64,000 nt of DNA from Tubiluchus corallicola. Taxonomy: Eukaryota; Animalia; Priapulida. Under the pieces are notes generated by a model. It was not told the DNA's origin and made no database searches. It worked only from the letters and a program-made list of their open reading frames with translations. The translations under genes were made by a program, and so were the position numbers. Shown piece by piece: positions 1 through 12,490 of this stretch (its first letter is position 1; each line of letters starts with the position of its first letter). The stretch is from contig JAQGDQ010000168.1 in assembly GCA_030141605.1 (NCBI GenBank), positions 248,001 to 312,000 of the forward strand. Direction: 5' to 3'.

Positions 1-610
1 ATAAATAATCGCAGTCATTGCAAAAATAATTACAATCAGCGTTGGACAGGATGTGATTAAACCTGTGCTTGAATGTTGCAAATTGTGCAATGTCTTTTCG
101 AAAACACATGATAGGGTGTGTGCAGAAAAAATATTATCCATGAACGAAGTTTTTACAATATTTAAGCTTGACAGAGCAGTTAAACTTTACGAGCAGCACA
201 GAACAAGAAAAGACAAAAACAAAATGAAAAAGCAGGGTGATTCAACGATATTTAACAATGATGTTATTTGCCTGTTGTAACCGCCTTTGACAAAGCAAGA
301 TTTCAGATGCTGAGTATGATATGTTATATCATTATGCAATAGCATATGGTACTGTATACTTTACGGTATAATGGGTTACCAAATAATGACTGCTAGTGCG
401 CAGTAGAAATGTTGTTATTTTTTAATTAAAAATTGGAAAAGTCCTTGGTTATTGTTGGATATTTAACAACAAAAAGAGTCGTACGCATTTAAGAAATTGA
501 ATTAAGATACAAAAATGAGATATAGTTTCCCAAGGAAAAATAATCATTATTTTGCTGCGCTAACATCCAGCTGTTTTTCTGCAATTTTTTATTACGAATG
601 TTTCCCACAG

Positions 611-1432
611 GTCTCATTGGTGAGATGCAAAGGTTATGGAGGTGACTACAATGCAGGCTATGCTGGTGTCGGATATGCGGGTTCAGGAAGGGCTGGTTAT
701 GGTGGGGATCTCGATGTCGGATACGGAGGCGGAAATAGCGCCGGATATTACGGGGGCAACCATGCAGGATACGAATCTGGTGGAACAGCTGGATATGGTG
801 GGAAACTGGCACTGGATTATGCTGGCAAGTTAGCCATCGGCTTTCAAGGTTTTGGCAAAATCATTGGACAAGCTTATGGTGGCAACCATGGACGCGGTTA
901 CGGCGGCAATGCTGCAAAAGCTTATGGACAGACAGGAGCACATGCGCGTGGAGCCTTAGCAGCACACGCAGCAGGCGGATACACCGGATATGGAGCAACC
1001 GGACTAGGATCTCTTGTGTCAGATTTTCATAATGCTTATGGTGGTGGATATGATGGTTTTGGTGGGGGACATGGTAAAGGTCACGGAGGTGGTAGAGGTC
1101 ATGGTTACGGGGGTGGTTATGGAGGAGGCCATGGTGGAGGTGACAACGACTCATATGGTGGTGGAGGTGGGGGAGGTTTTGGAGGTGGAGGTGGTGAAGG
1201 GACAGGTGGAGGAGGTGGCTTCGGAAGTGTTTACGGCGGGGGAAGCGCAAGCGGACATGCAGGTGGGTATGGTGGTGGATTTGGAAACGGGGTCAGTGGG
1301 GGCTATGGGGGCGGAAGTGGTGGCGGATATGGAGGAGGGCACAGTGGTTTACATGGGGAAGGTTTTGGAGGTGGAGGTAATTATGTGGCTGACAGCTATC
1401 ATGGTGGTGGCGGTTACGAAAAGCGGCGTTAG
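611..1432 (+). CDS. Terminal exon of a glycine/tyrosine/histidine-rich, probably secreted structural protein (5' exon(s) not found; likely upstream of the window)
   Basis: Acceptor tttcccacag|GTC at 610/611 is in frame with ORF 515..1432. The exon reads VSLVRC-KGYGGDYNAG...GGGYEKRR* (signal-peptide-like end, then YGG/GGGY/GGGH repeats). ORF residues upstream of 611 look intronic. AATAAA at 1619-1624. Confidence 0.85.
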   Translation, partial: VSLVRCKGYGGDYNAGYAGVGYAGSGRAGYGGDLDVGYGGGNSAGYYGGNHAGYESGGTAGYGGKLALDYAGKLAIGFQGFGKIIGQAYGGNHGRGYGGNAAKAYGQTGAHARGALAAHAAGGYTGYGATGLGSLVSDFHNAYGGGYDGFGGGHGKGHGGGRGHGYGGGYGGGHGGGDNDSYGGGGGGGFGGGGGEGTGGGGGFGSVYGGGSASGHAGGYGGGFGNGVSGGYGGGSGGGYGGGHSGLHGEGFGGGGNYVADSYHGGGGYEKRR

Positions 1433-1618
1433 GAAATTTATTGTGTTTAGCAATACGAGCAGTGTTTTAAATCGTGCTATTAAAATCATCCCGACGTTGC
1501 TCAATGTCATAGTGACATGAATTGTTTTGTTAATGTAGTATTTATTAAATTTCTCTCTTCTACAATTGTTGCACTTTTATTTTCTAATTGTTATTATGCT
1601 GTTTGTTGTTATGTTGTT

Positions 1619-1624
1619 AATAAA
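1619..1624 (+). terminator. Polyadenylation signal of the glycine-rich gene
   Basis: AATAAA about 190 nt downstream of the stop codon. Confidence 0.5.
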
Positions 1625-1766
1625 GTCGTTTTACAGGTAACTACTAAAGCGTACAGTATCTTTATTTCTCAAGCGTTTTATAATAACTCTTACTACCAAA
1701 GTCGTGATGGAGAAGGAAAAAGAAATAAAGAAAGGATGTGAGAGCAAGTCAGAAAAAAGACGAGTA

Positions 1767-1768
<2 letters not shown>

Positions 1769-1813
<45 letters not shown>

Positions 1814-1872
1814 AGAGAGAGGGACTAAAGAAAACACAGAGAAAGGACAGACAGGCAGACAGACAGACAGAC
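1769..1872. repeat. (AG)n and (AGAC)n microsatellites
   Basis: Visible dinucleotide and tetranucleotide runs. Confidence 0.95.
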
Positions 1873-2541
1873 AGGCTGGCAGATCACTAGGACATAAAAG
1901 CTACTATAGCCGATTTTTCGTTTTACTTGTTATCTCCTTTCGTTGAAATTCTCTCTCTCACTCTTCGTCTCTCTCTCATCCTCTATTTTCTTCTTCCTTT
2001 CTTACTTTTTCCTTTTTTGGTTCTTCTCCCTTTCTTACTTTTTCCTTTTTTGGTCCTTCTCTTCCCTTATCGTTTGTTTGCGCGCAAACAAACGAATGGC
2101 TATGTAATTACGCGTGAAGCCATTGGTTTATTACTCATGTCATATTGAGAAGCCGTACCACTGAGTTGCCTCTGTTTATGCCGAAGCATGACGAAGAAAA
2201 TGCAAGTACACAAAGTCTACACAGTAAACACGTCTCGTGTTAGACTTTACAAACGGTCGGTCACTAATGCATCATCATAACAGTTTGCAAACCCAGTGAA
2301 TTAACATTGCTTGGAGAAGTGCGCCGAATGCGGTAATATTTGCACACATCCTGGTGGATAAATAAAAGGGAACAATTATTTTTGCAATTGCTATAAACAT
2401 ATATATCTGATTTTCTGTGATGTTAGCAGTTTCTAACAAGGAATACCATGCTATTAAAAGCACGTTAGCTAGTCCACAAGTTTGTGGAAGACCAACGGAT
2501 TTTTTTATAATTATCTAGTATTTCGACTGTTGCACGTGAAC

Positions 2542-2647
2542 ATGGTACTAATTATTCGTGGAAATGTTGAAAAGTTTCTGGTACTATCGCTTTTTGTTTA
2601 CGTGTCAGGAATCGATGATTCTTCTAGATTATCACAAAATACTCAAG
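2542..2647 (+). CDS. GPR158: GPR158-like putative exon 1 (signal-peptide-like)
   Basis: ATG 2542, MVLIIRGNVEKFLVLSLFVYVSGIDDSSRLSQNTQ, strong phase-1 donor CAAG|gtaaga. G+AA joins exon 16054 as Glu. Confidence 0.6.
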
Positions 2648-3034
2648 GTAAGACGTTTATTAGAAGCTAGGAAAAGAAGCATTACCACAAAGATCTTTTT
2701 ATGATTATGTAGGTATGTAGGCAAGTGTTTTTGCCACTGTCAAGTTGTTAACAATTTGTTTTAATTTCAAAAATTATTCTAAAAATCGTAAAAGTATAAT
2801 GCTTATTTGGAAGGTATAATAACGCCTATAGTCTAATATGAGAAGAGTATATATTTATGTGAAAACAAGTAGCTCAAATTTTGCATCCAGTGTACAAAAT
2901 TGCCTGCATTTGTTTAATTACTTAAAGTAGTCTTTGAAGCAAGAGTATTAGTTTTCTCGCCTAATTCGTTTGCTGTACCGCCGAAAATCTTGTTCAGATA
3001 TTTTTAAATCACCCAGCTCCTACCAAAAAATTAA

Positions 3035-3280
3035 ATCTAATCAACAAACCAACCAACTACAACAAACAAGCTAACCAATTCCAATCAAAAAACGAACAGA
3101 CTGCGCGAGCAAATCAACTGACCGACTAGTCGAACAACCTAACAACCAACCAATCATCCAACGAAACGAACTAACCAACCAACCAACTAATATACTAATC
3201 AGGTACTGAACCTACTATTATTGAACCAACCAAACAGCAAACTAGTTAACCAATGAACCAACCAACAAGCAAACAAACAC
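3035..3280. repeat. Degenerate (AACC/AAAC)n low-complexity tract
   Basis: Recurring aaccaacc/aacaaac units. Confidence 0.8.
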
Positions 3281-5603
3281 ATGGTAGACTAAGAAACAGG
3301 TGTGCATGTCTGAAACACAGCAAAGATTTCCAGCAACAATTAAAAAATTGGAACCTGCAATCAATGTAGTGGTTGTAAAACGCCTCCAATGTGGACAACG
3401 TAACTGATGTCTTGAAATTTATGCTTCTTTTGCATCACCTTTATCGCGAACTTTACATTTTTCGGCTAATAGATATCGAAAAGCTATTCTTTGAAACATA
3501 TTGAAGATATAAATGTGCACAGGCACATTTATTTGATAAAATTACAATTTATCTATATGTATATACGTAACTAATGTGATTGCTGTTTTGTGCTGATTAA
3601 CCTAGCCTGCAGGATTAACAGATATAGTTATAGTTGATGCAAATTCTTGTTAATGGTGGAATTGTTCATTAATTGGCACTTAATGTTGGTAAAATTGTTT
3701 AGCTCAGAATATCATGGACCAGAGCAACAAAATTTTGTTTGTACCTGTTTGGTTCTGAGTTCTTTGAAAACGAATTTCAGCTCAATTTTCTGCGTGTGCA
3801 CAGCGCGACACCACAATTTCTTTAACACTATACACATAAATTTATTCGACTAGCGCAGAACACTTTGGAGGCCTTTATACTAGTTAGTTAATTGCTTTAG
3901 AACATTCTGTAAATCCAAATTATAGTGAAGCTATTTCACAATAACAGTCTTATCCAATTTGGCCTAAGAGATTTGTTTAGCAACATATTACAGAAATGAG
4001 ATGCAAAAGGTGCACAGGTATTGTAAATCACTGATATGCGACATAATCAATGACACCAAAAAAGATTTCCATCAAAAGATCTACAGTAATAACATATGTG
4101 CTTCTATGTCAGTGCAATGTCACACAACCACACGTGAAATAAAACTACGTCTATTATTATTAATTTTTATCTGTAATTTTTACAGGAAGATTAATTCTAT
4201 CCGGACTATCTAGATTCAATTAATTAATGGAATAGCAATGGATCAAATCTCTGATCTGTCTAAATATTCGTTTTTCCATCCCATAATATTATTGTTTTGC
4301 ATTTTTGTATTTTCCCGCTTGCAAAAGACCCACCAGAATCTACTCTACAGTGATTCTGCCAACGCATTCTAAAGGTGAATCCACATGTATGCAAGAACGT
4401 GAAGCAACAGGTTCTCCGAAATTCGGCTGTAAGGCACTACGTGGTCTGTACTAACGGTAGTTTCCTAGATAACGTGAATTAATAGTGGATGCCTAAGAAA
4501 ATTCGTAACATGCCTAACATAAAAAGTAACAATAATAAGAAACCATTGTACGGGTTTTCTCACATCCGCGATGCTCGCGGATAAAAGATACACCAATTAC
4601 CCATTTTTTCATTTCAAGACAGGTTAACATACATAATAATCATGAAAGTACATTAGCACACACAAATTTACATTTGATTGAAAGACACATCAGGTGCACC
4701 AACAAAGTTAAAAGTTTATTTCTAATGGGGTCCTTACATAAACAATTAGCGTAAATAAATATAAACATAAATATACAAAACGGCTATACCAAAAAGCTTG
4801 ACATTTTATAAAATTGCTCATAAAATGAGTTATTGATGTACTTGTGCTGAAAAGTAAAAAAGAACAATGTGCCTAAATCCTAATTCAAGATCGGTTGGTA
4901 ATAAACATTCCACAAACAAATGGCATTGTTGTAGAAAGTTGTTTTGGTAACACCATTCACCTATGGAACCATAAAATTATATAGTCATATAATACACACA
5001 CCACAAAGTCCCTGGAAGTTTTGTATCAGATAGGAAAAACAACTGTTATAAAAAGTTTCACGTACTGTCGACGAAGTGAAAAAGGTCAGTCAGTCTGTTA
5101 TATTTAATAGCTTTTCATCGTCAAATACCGAAGGATCCAGGTGTGTTCTGGGTATAGCATTCGTTTTAAAGCATATGACTTTATTTTGAGTGGCCTTATA
5201 TTTATGCTTAGTTTACGCAAAGCCATGATGCCCTTACGAAAAGTCATGAAGTTCCCCCAGTTACGTCATAATTTTCAAACGAATGGTGGCAACCACTGCG
5301 CCTGAGAATTTCTAGATACAGACTACAGAGGGATAATATTTTAGATTTATGCTTTACGGAAAGTGTTTTGCATCTTTCTTTATTATATTCTTCTAAGGTT
5401 AAGTGGTAACAGTAAAATAAACCCAACATGCTGAGTGGTTTGTTCTTTCCTATAATACTCGCTTTCGATTTTTCGCGACTAGCGTTCATGATTATAGTAT
5501 TTGGTATTGAGTTGCACGAATTTCAAGATGATCAAAGTTTGTATTCCACTTTCGGCAAACCTGGTACGAAATACACGTAGTCACTAATTATTTATAGTCA
5601 TCT

Positions 5604-5704
<101 letters not shown>

Positions 5705-5759
5705 CTGTTATTGTGTTAAATATATTGGGTGCACACAGCTTTCTTTAGCGATTTGTTTG

Positions 5760-6330
5760 ACGCCAACTTTGCTAAAGTAGCAGATCCTGAATCTTGTAAG
5801 TTCGTTAAACGACATCCGATTTCGTATTCCCCACTGTAATATTTATAACGTAAGATTCGCTGTTAAATAAGTAGATTTACACGGTGGCATTTACAAGATT
5901 GAGGTTGCCCTCGCGTAAACCTCGTATCGAGAAAGGAGGGTGGTCTCGGATAGGGCGGGCAAATAGGTTTTGCTCTTGTGGAAGTATTCAAAGTGAGAAG
6001 CACGTCTTAGAACATTGGAATTTAAGTGACTACATTAGAAAGAAAGATAAATGCCGAAATATCAGTTTTAGTGAACGTGTGACAAATGCTAATAATGGGA
6101 ACGATTTCTGTTCTGTGTGTGAAGTATTGCAATGTTGTAACTAGATGTTAATGTTGTGATGTATTGTTAGAAAGCGAAAACGCGAATCTTCGTTTGTTTT
6201 GTTTATTTGAGCTCACACACATTAACTGGACTGAGTAGCTGTGATGTATACGTATATTTATGCACATCTAAAGTATGAGCACGCGTTGTTGCATACGATG
6301 CAACTTTGTTTGGACTAAGATCAATAAAAT
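5760..6330 (+). mobile_element. Decayed non-LTR retrotransposon (LINE) 3' fragment
   Basis: ORF 5884..6144 FTRLRLPSRKPRIEKGGWSR...RFCSCGSIQSEKHVLEHW matches the LINE ORF2 C-terminal RLRxSxHxLxIExGRW...CxxC..E.H...C region. AATAAA near 6323. Confidence 0.8.
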
Positions 6331-6699
6331 ATTAGTAGGCCCTACCTCTATTACATCTTTCATGAACGAGATAAACAGCTAAAGAAGTGTTCCTACTGAA
6401 AACATCAAGAGGGAAATTGAACCTGGCTATTCAATATTAACCACGATACGTGTGACCGTTGCTTAATTTTTGTCACTAAGCACAAACCATGACAAAAATC
6501 ATTATACTTACGCCTGTTCACAAATAACAACACCCACATCTTAAAAATTGTTGTGAACAATAGAACACTTAACGTGAAACAAATCAGAGCAAGCAATTAA
6601 CGTTTAAATACTACACAGAAATACATCCAATTACGCTCTGAAATTTACTGCCGTTGAAAATCATGCAATCAAACAATATTTTTTATCCTATCTAATTAT

Positions 6700-7330
6700 T
6701 TTTGTTTTATTTACTCTAGTATACATGTATACAATAAAATTAATTGCATCAAACATTAAGTTGACAAAACAGAAAACAAAACAAACTAAAGTACGTACGG
6801 GGGACGCACAAAGAATAAATACTATCTACGTGTGTCTGTATAAATAGAAATGTCTAAAAAAATAAAATTTTCGCTCTTCTTTAAATAAACCATTTACTAG
6901 GAAAGACCAAATTATATGTCCCGAAAGAGAATTCCAGACCGCCGTATTGGCGAACGAATGTTAATAACTGACGATAAAAATCGATTTGCATAAAGTTTGT
7001 GGCAATGAGTCCTAGAAATTATGGGGAACGGATAAAAAGTCTTTTCTGTCTAAAGTCATTTTCCATGTGAATAACATTGAAGCATATTTTCAAACGTTAT
7101 AAATTTCGAGCCTAGTGGAGCGGCCCCAATACTGATCCATGAGTGAACGTTAACATACACTGACATAGCATTTCCAAGAATGATTACATGTTTTCTATGT
7201 GTAATATAGGATTCAAACCATTTGTGTAATAAACCTGGAATGCTAAAAATTTAATTCAAAAAGTACTTTGTTCGATTAAAAAATATCGAATGCCTTCTGT
7301 CAATCAATACAAATTGCATCCAAAGATAAG
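6700..7330 (-). mobile_element. Decayed CR1/L2-group LINE fragment
   Basis: Minus strand reads THGSVLGPL (PQGSVLGPL RT motif, about 7110-7145) and HSFANTAVWNSLS (C-terminal WNSLP motif, about 6920-6960). Confidence 0.6.
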
Positions 7331-7344
7331 ATTAGACTATTGAT

Positions 7345-8595
7345 CTATTTATTGACTAAAAATTACAAACACACAGGGTAAGAACTTAACAAAGAGGAAA
7401 TTCGTCCAATAAGAACAATACACAAATTGATCACGTAACAATTAAAATAACTTGAAACACTGAGACACGAAATTGATTTCTAACAGGTGAGTGAAAATAT
7501 TTAATTAAGAGTTCTTGTTAATATCGTTAAAAATAGTCTTGTTTTTGACAAATGCAGTTTTTCCACAATGACATAGCACATGCTCTTCTATGTCGTGATC
7601 TCTGCCTCTGTCTCCATCAGTGTCCAAGTCTATGAGCGGATAACCTGCAACGAGTCCTTCGAATCTTGTCCTCTCCTGATACACCTGGAGTAGCCATTGA
7701 ATACAATGGAGAGGACTTAAGTGAAGGATTCATTGTTCTATAAGTTACCAAGCGGCTTCTTTCAAATGTGCAGACACGCTTAAAACGGTTCGTCTTATCT
7801 ACGTCCTCAGGATTATCAGCTAGAGATAATATCGTGTTTATTCTTAATTTCCATCACTTTCTTTAGATACTTCAGTTGTTGAAATGTGACCCATACACGG
7901 GGAGATGGCCATATCAGTCTCTAATAGTTTGGCATATCAACCTAGAGTTTGCAATACAAACTTAAAATCAAAATCAAATCTAAAAGGCAGATGTCGTTCT
8001 GAGTCTGTAATCGCACACCAAGGCAGAACTTAAAATACTTGATATGTAAAAAGTTTCACAAATACCGATATCATACGTCAACCAACTTTCACATCTGTAA
8101 AACATGACAGATATCAGAGCTGCACGTAGCACCAATGGTTTAGTTGCAACAGGACAAGACTCATTCTTTCTGGTGAAAGCTGAAAACTTCAGTAAATGCG
8201 TTAACTTTATGTTCGCATGTTTTGCGAGGACAGATTGCACTTTACCATCGCTGCAGAAGACAGCGCCGAGGTATACGTAGTAATCGCAAGGATTTATGCA
8301 TAAGTCCTCCACTATAATAGGTTGCATGTCCTTTTCGTCGCCAATGATAGCAAAAATTTTGGTTTTAACCTCATTAATTTTAAGCCCCTGGTTTGCACAG
8401 AATAATTTAAGAATTTGCATTTTCTTTACATAGCGATTGCGATGTGTTGCTAAAAAAACCGAATCATCAATCAGCAGAAGGGCGCGTCTACTTTGTAGAT
8501 AACTGTCATCGTCAAAATGTGACAAAAATCTGAGCGGTTAATGAATAAACAGAAGAGTAAGAGACGGCGCACCTTGCCTGACCCCAATATTAGAC
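7345..8595 (-). mobile_element. 5'-truncated, decayed LINE (reverse transcriptase to C-terminus)
   Basis: Minus strand IGVRQGAPS (about 8560-8590). ORF 7980..8525 has LLIDDSVFL, LKINEVKTK, YVYLG, MFYRCESW. TRCRLSAHRL and EHVLCHC lie near 7560-7660. Frameshifts present. Confidence 0.9.
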
Positions 8596-10260
8596 ATCTT
8601 ATAATTTAGTTACAACAGACAAATCATTAATACATTCAAATACATATAATTGCTCATATGTAAATGTGTCCATGCTGTTCTTATGAGATTAAATTGTGTT
8701 CACTCAGATAGCATTCCAATCGTGCTAACCATGCGCACAGTTTGCAAAATCATAACTGTAGCTCGATAACTACGTCCTCGAAGGAACTTGGAAGTCTCAG
8801 CTGATTACTTTATTCAACTTCACTTTTTTCTTTGCGTGCAAGACTTGAAGAGGTTTCCTTTGAAGCACAACACGTCTTCGTGCAAACTGTAATTACAGTC
8901 TATATGAGTGGTGAAATAAACGCACGTGAAATAAAAGCTAGATGATGCGCCAAACTGAAGATGGACTGTTCAAATTTGACATTGCGAATACTTACCTCAA
9001 ACGCTGAACGTCCCCGTATAACGTATGGTAGTGTAAAATGATTTAATGGGTTTTTGCCAATATGTAGAAAGTTGTAGAGTTAAGCGACTCTCGTTCTAGA
9101 GGAGAACTAGTCCGGAATGCGAAGCTTTGAGTTACTCGCTTACTGAGTTACTGAGTTCTTTTTTACAATTCGCATCGGCTTCGCGAAGTGCTGTCACGAC
9201 CAAAGGTTTCTTGTGGCAAATTTCAGATTCCTAGCAGATCTGTAAGCCGAGTTAAAAACCCTTTTTCAAATTTAGCTGCTCTCTCTAAAAGCCGAGCTAG
9301 TTTGTTTGCTTGAACGTATTTATAAAATGCACAAACATTAATGGTGTTGCGGATGATGTGAGGATGATGTTGCGGATGATGTCCTTCTTTGAGTCCTTCG
9401 TTGGCTTCTTTAAATCATTCTACAATTTTTGGAATGTGCTCTATTCTGTGTCACAATATCACAAAAAACATCAAACACCACCCACACCATACCACAAAAC
9501 AATTGCAAAAACACAAATATTATGGGCGATGTTGACACTGCGTGAAATAACGGACGCATTTACTGATGATCAATAATGCGTAAGCACTTTTTACTTACTG
9601 CTCCAACATAGATATGCATTTATGGTTGCCATAGAATCCAAGTTTTACTGGAATTTGGCCTCACAATGAGTAAATGGCAGAGTTTTGCGTTACAAGAACA
9701 ACGAGAATGAAGACGAATAAAAGATTGGCTTCACACGGCAAAATAAACCTATTTGTAAAGGTTACACCGCCTGTGAGTAACCCCAAAACCACAACAACAC
9801 TCTCAGAACGCCTTTCAATCAAGGTGAATACCATAGACATGTATTAAAGCCGCGCAGTAACTCTCATTTAACATCATGAAAATTACAACTTTTGAACTAT
9901 TACAATGGGTCCAAGAAGAAACAGCTTGTGCTAGACTAGCTTAGGTCAACCTTGGTTAATAAGTCGGTACTACATTAATTGTAACTCTGGACTACATTAC
10001 GTCGGGATTACATTAATTGCTTCTAAACAAGTTTAACCGCTTACGGTTATTTCTCTCGTTGAGGGAAGATGCAAACACAGATGACACTCTTCTGTCACTT
10101 CAGTGTTTTATCTTGGAAGTTATCTCAGATAACTAGCTAGGTTTCGGTCCAGCCATAATCAACAGCATAATAAGTAAGCGTTGCCTTGTGTGCTGGATTC
10201 CGGCTTGCAGTGTACCGAAATGTACGCAAAATATAGATATGCTTGCAGTTATATGACCGC

Positions 10261-10854
10261 TTAATGATAAAACTGGACCCAATGTTTAATTATAACTCAA
10301 AGCAATCTACCCTTTAAAATATTGAACGGGAACGTACTATTTTTCCAAGAATTTTTTTACTTACACACAAACGCAGTTCCGCGTTCGCGCGGTTAGTTCT
10401 GCGTTGTTATATGCATTTCGCCATTCGCTAGTTAGACGGGCAATAGCACTTACATCTCGGAAAGGCGTTGCACAAAAAATCAGATAATGTAACTCTCAGT
10501 TCAGAGGTGTTCGGTTGTGACGTAGTACACACGACCGAGAGCTCATGCGTGAGCACAGCAGGAAAATTTGAAATTGGAATAGTAAACTTAAAATGTGCCG
10601 AGTTTTTGTATATCACACTGAATGTTGTATAGTACAGCACCGTGTTTCAATTTTTGCTTTCGCAAGCACATACAACACGCTCACGGAATGTTTGTGCTGT
10701 TGAAAATTATGTTCATTTTTTATATCATCACTAGCGAGGCTTTCCCGCCATTAATTAAGATTTTAGTCTGTTATTTAATTATCAGAAACGTTTTCTCATT
10801 ACTATAGGTACTTCAAAATGGGGTAAATGTGAAAAATCATGCCTTTTCCCTTTA
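10261..10854 (+). mobile_element. Interspersed repeat family A, copy 1 (non-autonomous, Kolobok-like DNA transposon)
   Basis: Shares blocks (tttaaaatattgaa, ctagttagacgggca, agctcatgcgtgagcacag, caacacgctc, aaaatggggta) with 55494-56045 and 62152-62750. Confidence 0.8.
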
Positions 10855-11779
10855 GTCATAATCAAATCAACTAATAGATGAAACTATTACATATGTGCCA
10901 TATCCCGCATCAATGTAGCACAAGCGGTTTTTGCATTTCACCTTTGTGACTAAAGGAATGAAAGAATCGTTAAGACTGTTATAGGAATAGCAATTTAGCA
11001 CTCTTTTTGTGTAAAACATGCTCTTTCATGCAGCTATAGGTACCACTGCCAACATGAAAGTCATTGTAAAGTCCTTATGGAATAAGAACGCTGATTGTTT
11101 CAGACAACTAGCTTATTGCTCCTGCTACTAAAATGTGCTAGTCTTATGCTACCACTGCAAAACATCTGCTGAGTCCCTAACATGCGAAGTTTATCGTAAC
11201 AGCGAGAGAACTTCAATATTCCAGCAGAGAAGGCTTTTACGGATAGCACGTGCCATAACTGTCTATTAATTAGCTGCCTACACTCTAAATGCATCACTCT
11301 AAAGGATGCTGCATGTACGAAATTGACGATATTATTTTTTGTACAGTTCGCTACACTGCAGACTAGAATCCAGTACTCAATGGTCGAATGCTGGATGGTT
11401 GAATGGTTATGTCAGTCGTTCAAGTTCAGACATTTCTATATAAGTGCCAATCCCCAAAATAGATCTTTACCGAACCTACAGGGCACCTTCAGAATTTGGA
11501 TGTATGCATACATCCTCCGTCAACTGATGAGAAAATGAGAGATGTTTTTTATAAGTCTGTTTATTGAAACAACAGATACATTGCTTCCCTTCTATTTGTA
11601 GGGTTCAATTACAACTAAATGACTATTTACAATAATGTTACAATATATATTTTATACATAATACGTGCATAAGTAGAAGCTGAATCCATAAGCTGCCTGA
11701 TTGTATTTAGGCAACATTGATTATGCACATCATATAAACATTTGTACATCACATTGTAAATTGTATACACATATACAAC

Positions 11780-11784
11780 ATATA

Positions 11785-11824
<40 letters not shown>

Positions 11825-11859
11825 CGTGTACTTGTCTTAGTTTATCTATATCATAACAG

Positions 11860-11892
<33 letters not shown>
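11780..11892. repeat. (AT)n microsatellites
   Basis: Two visible TA runs. Confidence 0.95.
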
Positions 11893-12376
11893 ACGTACAA
11901 ACTTATATTTTCATAACAAAATTGGTTTTACACTATTATCATTAACATGATATTACCAAAGTGTATAAAGAGGAAGTAACGAAAGAGTCTATTGTTACGC
12001 ATTTCGTTTTTGCGATTAGCGGCTATGCTCGCGGCATCAAACGGCGAATCAGTAAAAAATTTTGAGCGGCGCATTGACTGTAACAATAATATTCTTAAGT
12101 TCGCCAATAATGTTGGCATACGAGCAATTTCGATAAGCCAAAATCACTTTTGCGTTTTTAATAAAAGTATATCTCAATTAAAAGCAATTATTAATTTAAA
12201 AAAACTGAAAACATTTCATGAAAAGGAAAAAACTCTAGCAGTAAGTTTGTATTATGTACTTGTAAATACTTCTGCTTATAAGCAAAATTTTATTGTTCTT
12301 CCTGAGGAAAGAGGCTAGCTAATGGGCTGCCTACTATGTAAAAAAGTAATGCATTTTTCATTGATTTATTGATTTT

Positions 12377-12490
12377 TCTCTCCCTCCCTCTCTTAGAGAG
12401 AAAGAAAAGGATGGAGAGAGAGAGAGGGAGAGAGAGAGGGAGAGAAAGAGAGACAGTGAAAGGGAGGGAGAGAGAGAGAGAAAGAGAGAT
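12377..12490. repeat. (GA)-rich low-complexity tract
   Basis: Imperfect gagaga runs. Confidence 0.9.

Noticed and set aside
489-1520. His-rich antisense ORFs (489..812, 861..1250) and the Met/Val-rich alternative-frame ORFs (636..833, 1014..1520)
   Set aside because: Expected shadows of GGN-rich codons of the glycine-rich exon; no independent signals.
611-2647. Functional link between a glycine-rich protein and a neighbouring homologue of a glycine receptor
   Set aside because: Appealing coincidence only; nothing in the sequence supports a mechanistic connection.
8988-8997. atacttacct resembling the U1 snRNA 5' end
   Set aside because: Downstream sequence does not continue as U1 (no stem-loops or Sm site); it is simply a reverse donor-like 10-mer.
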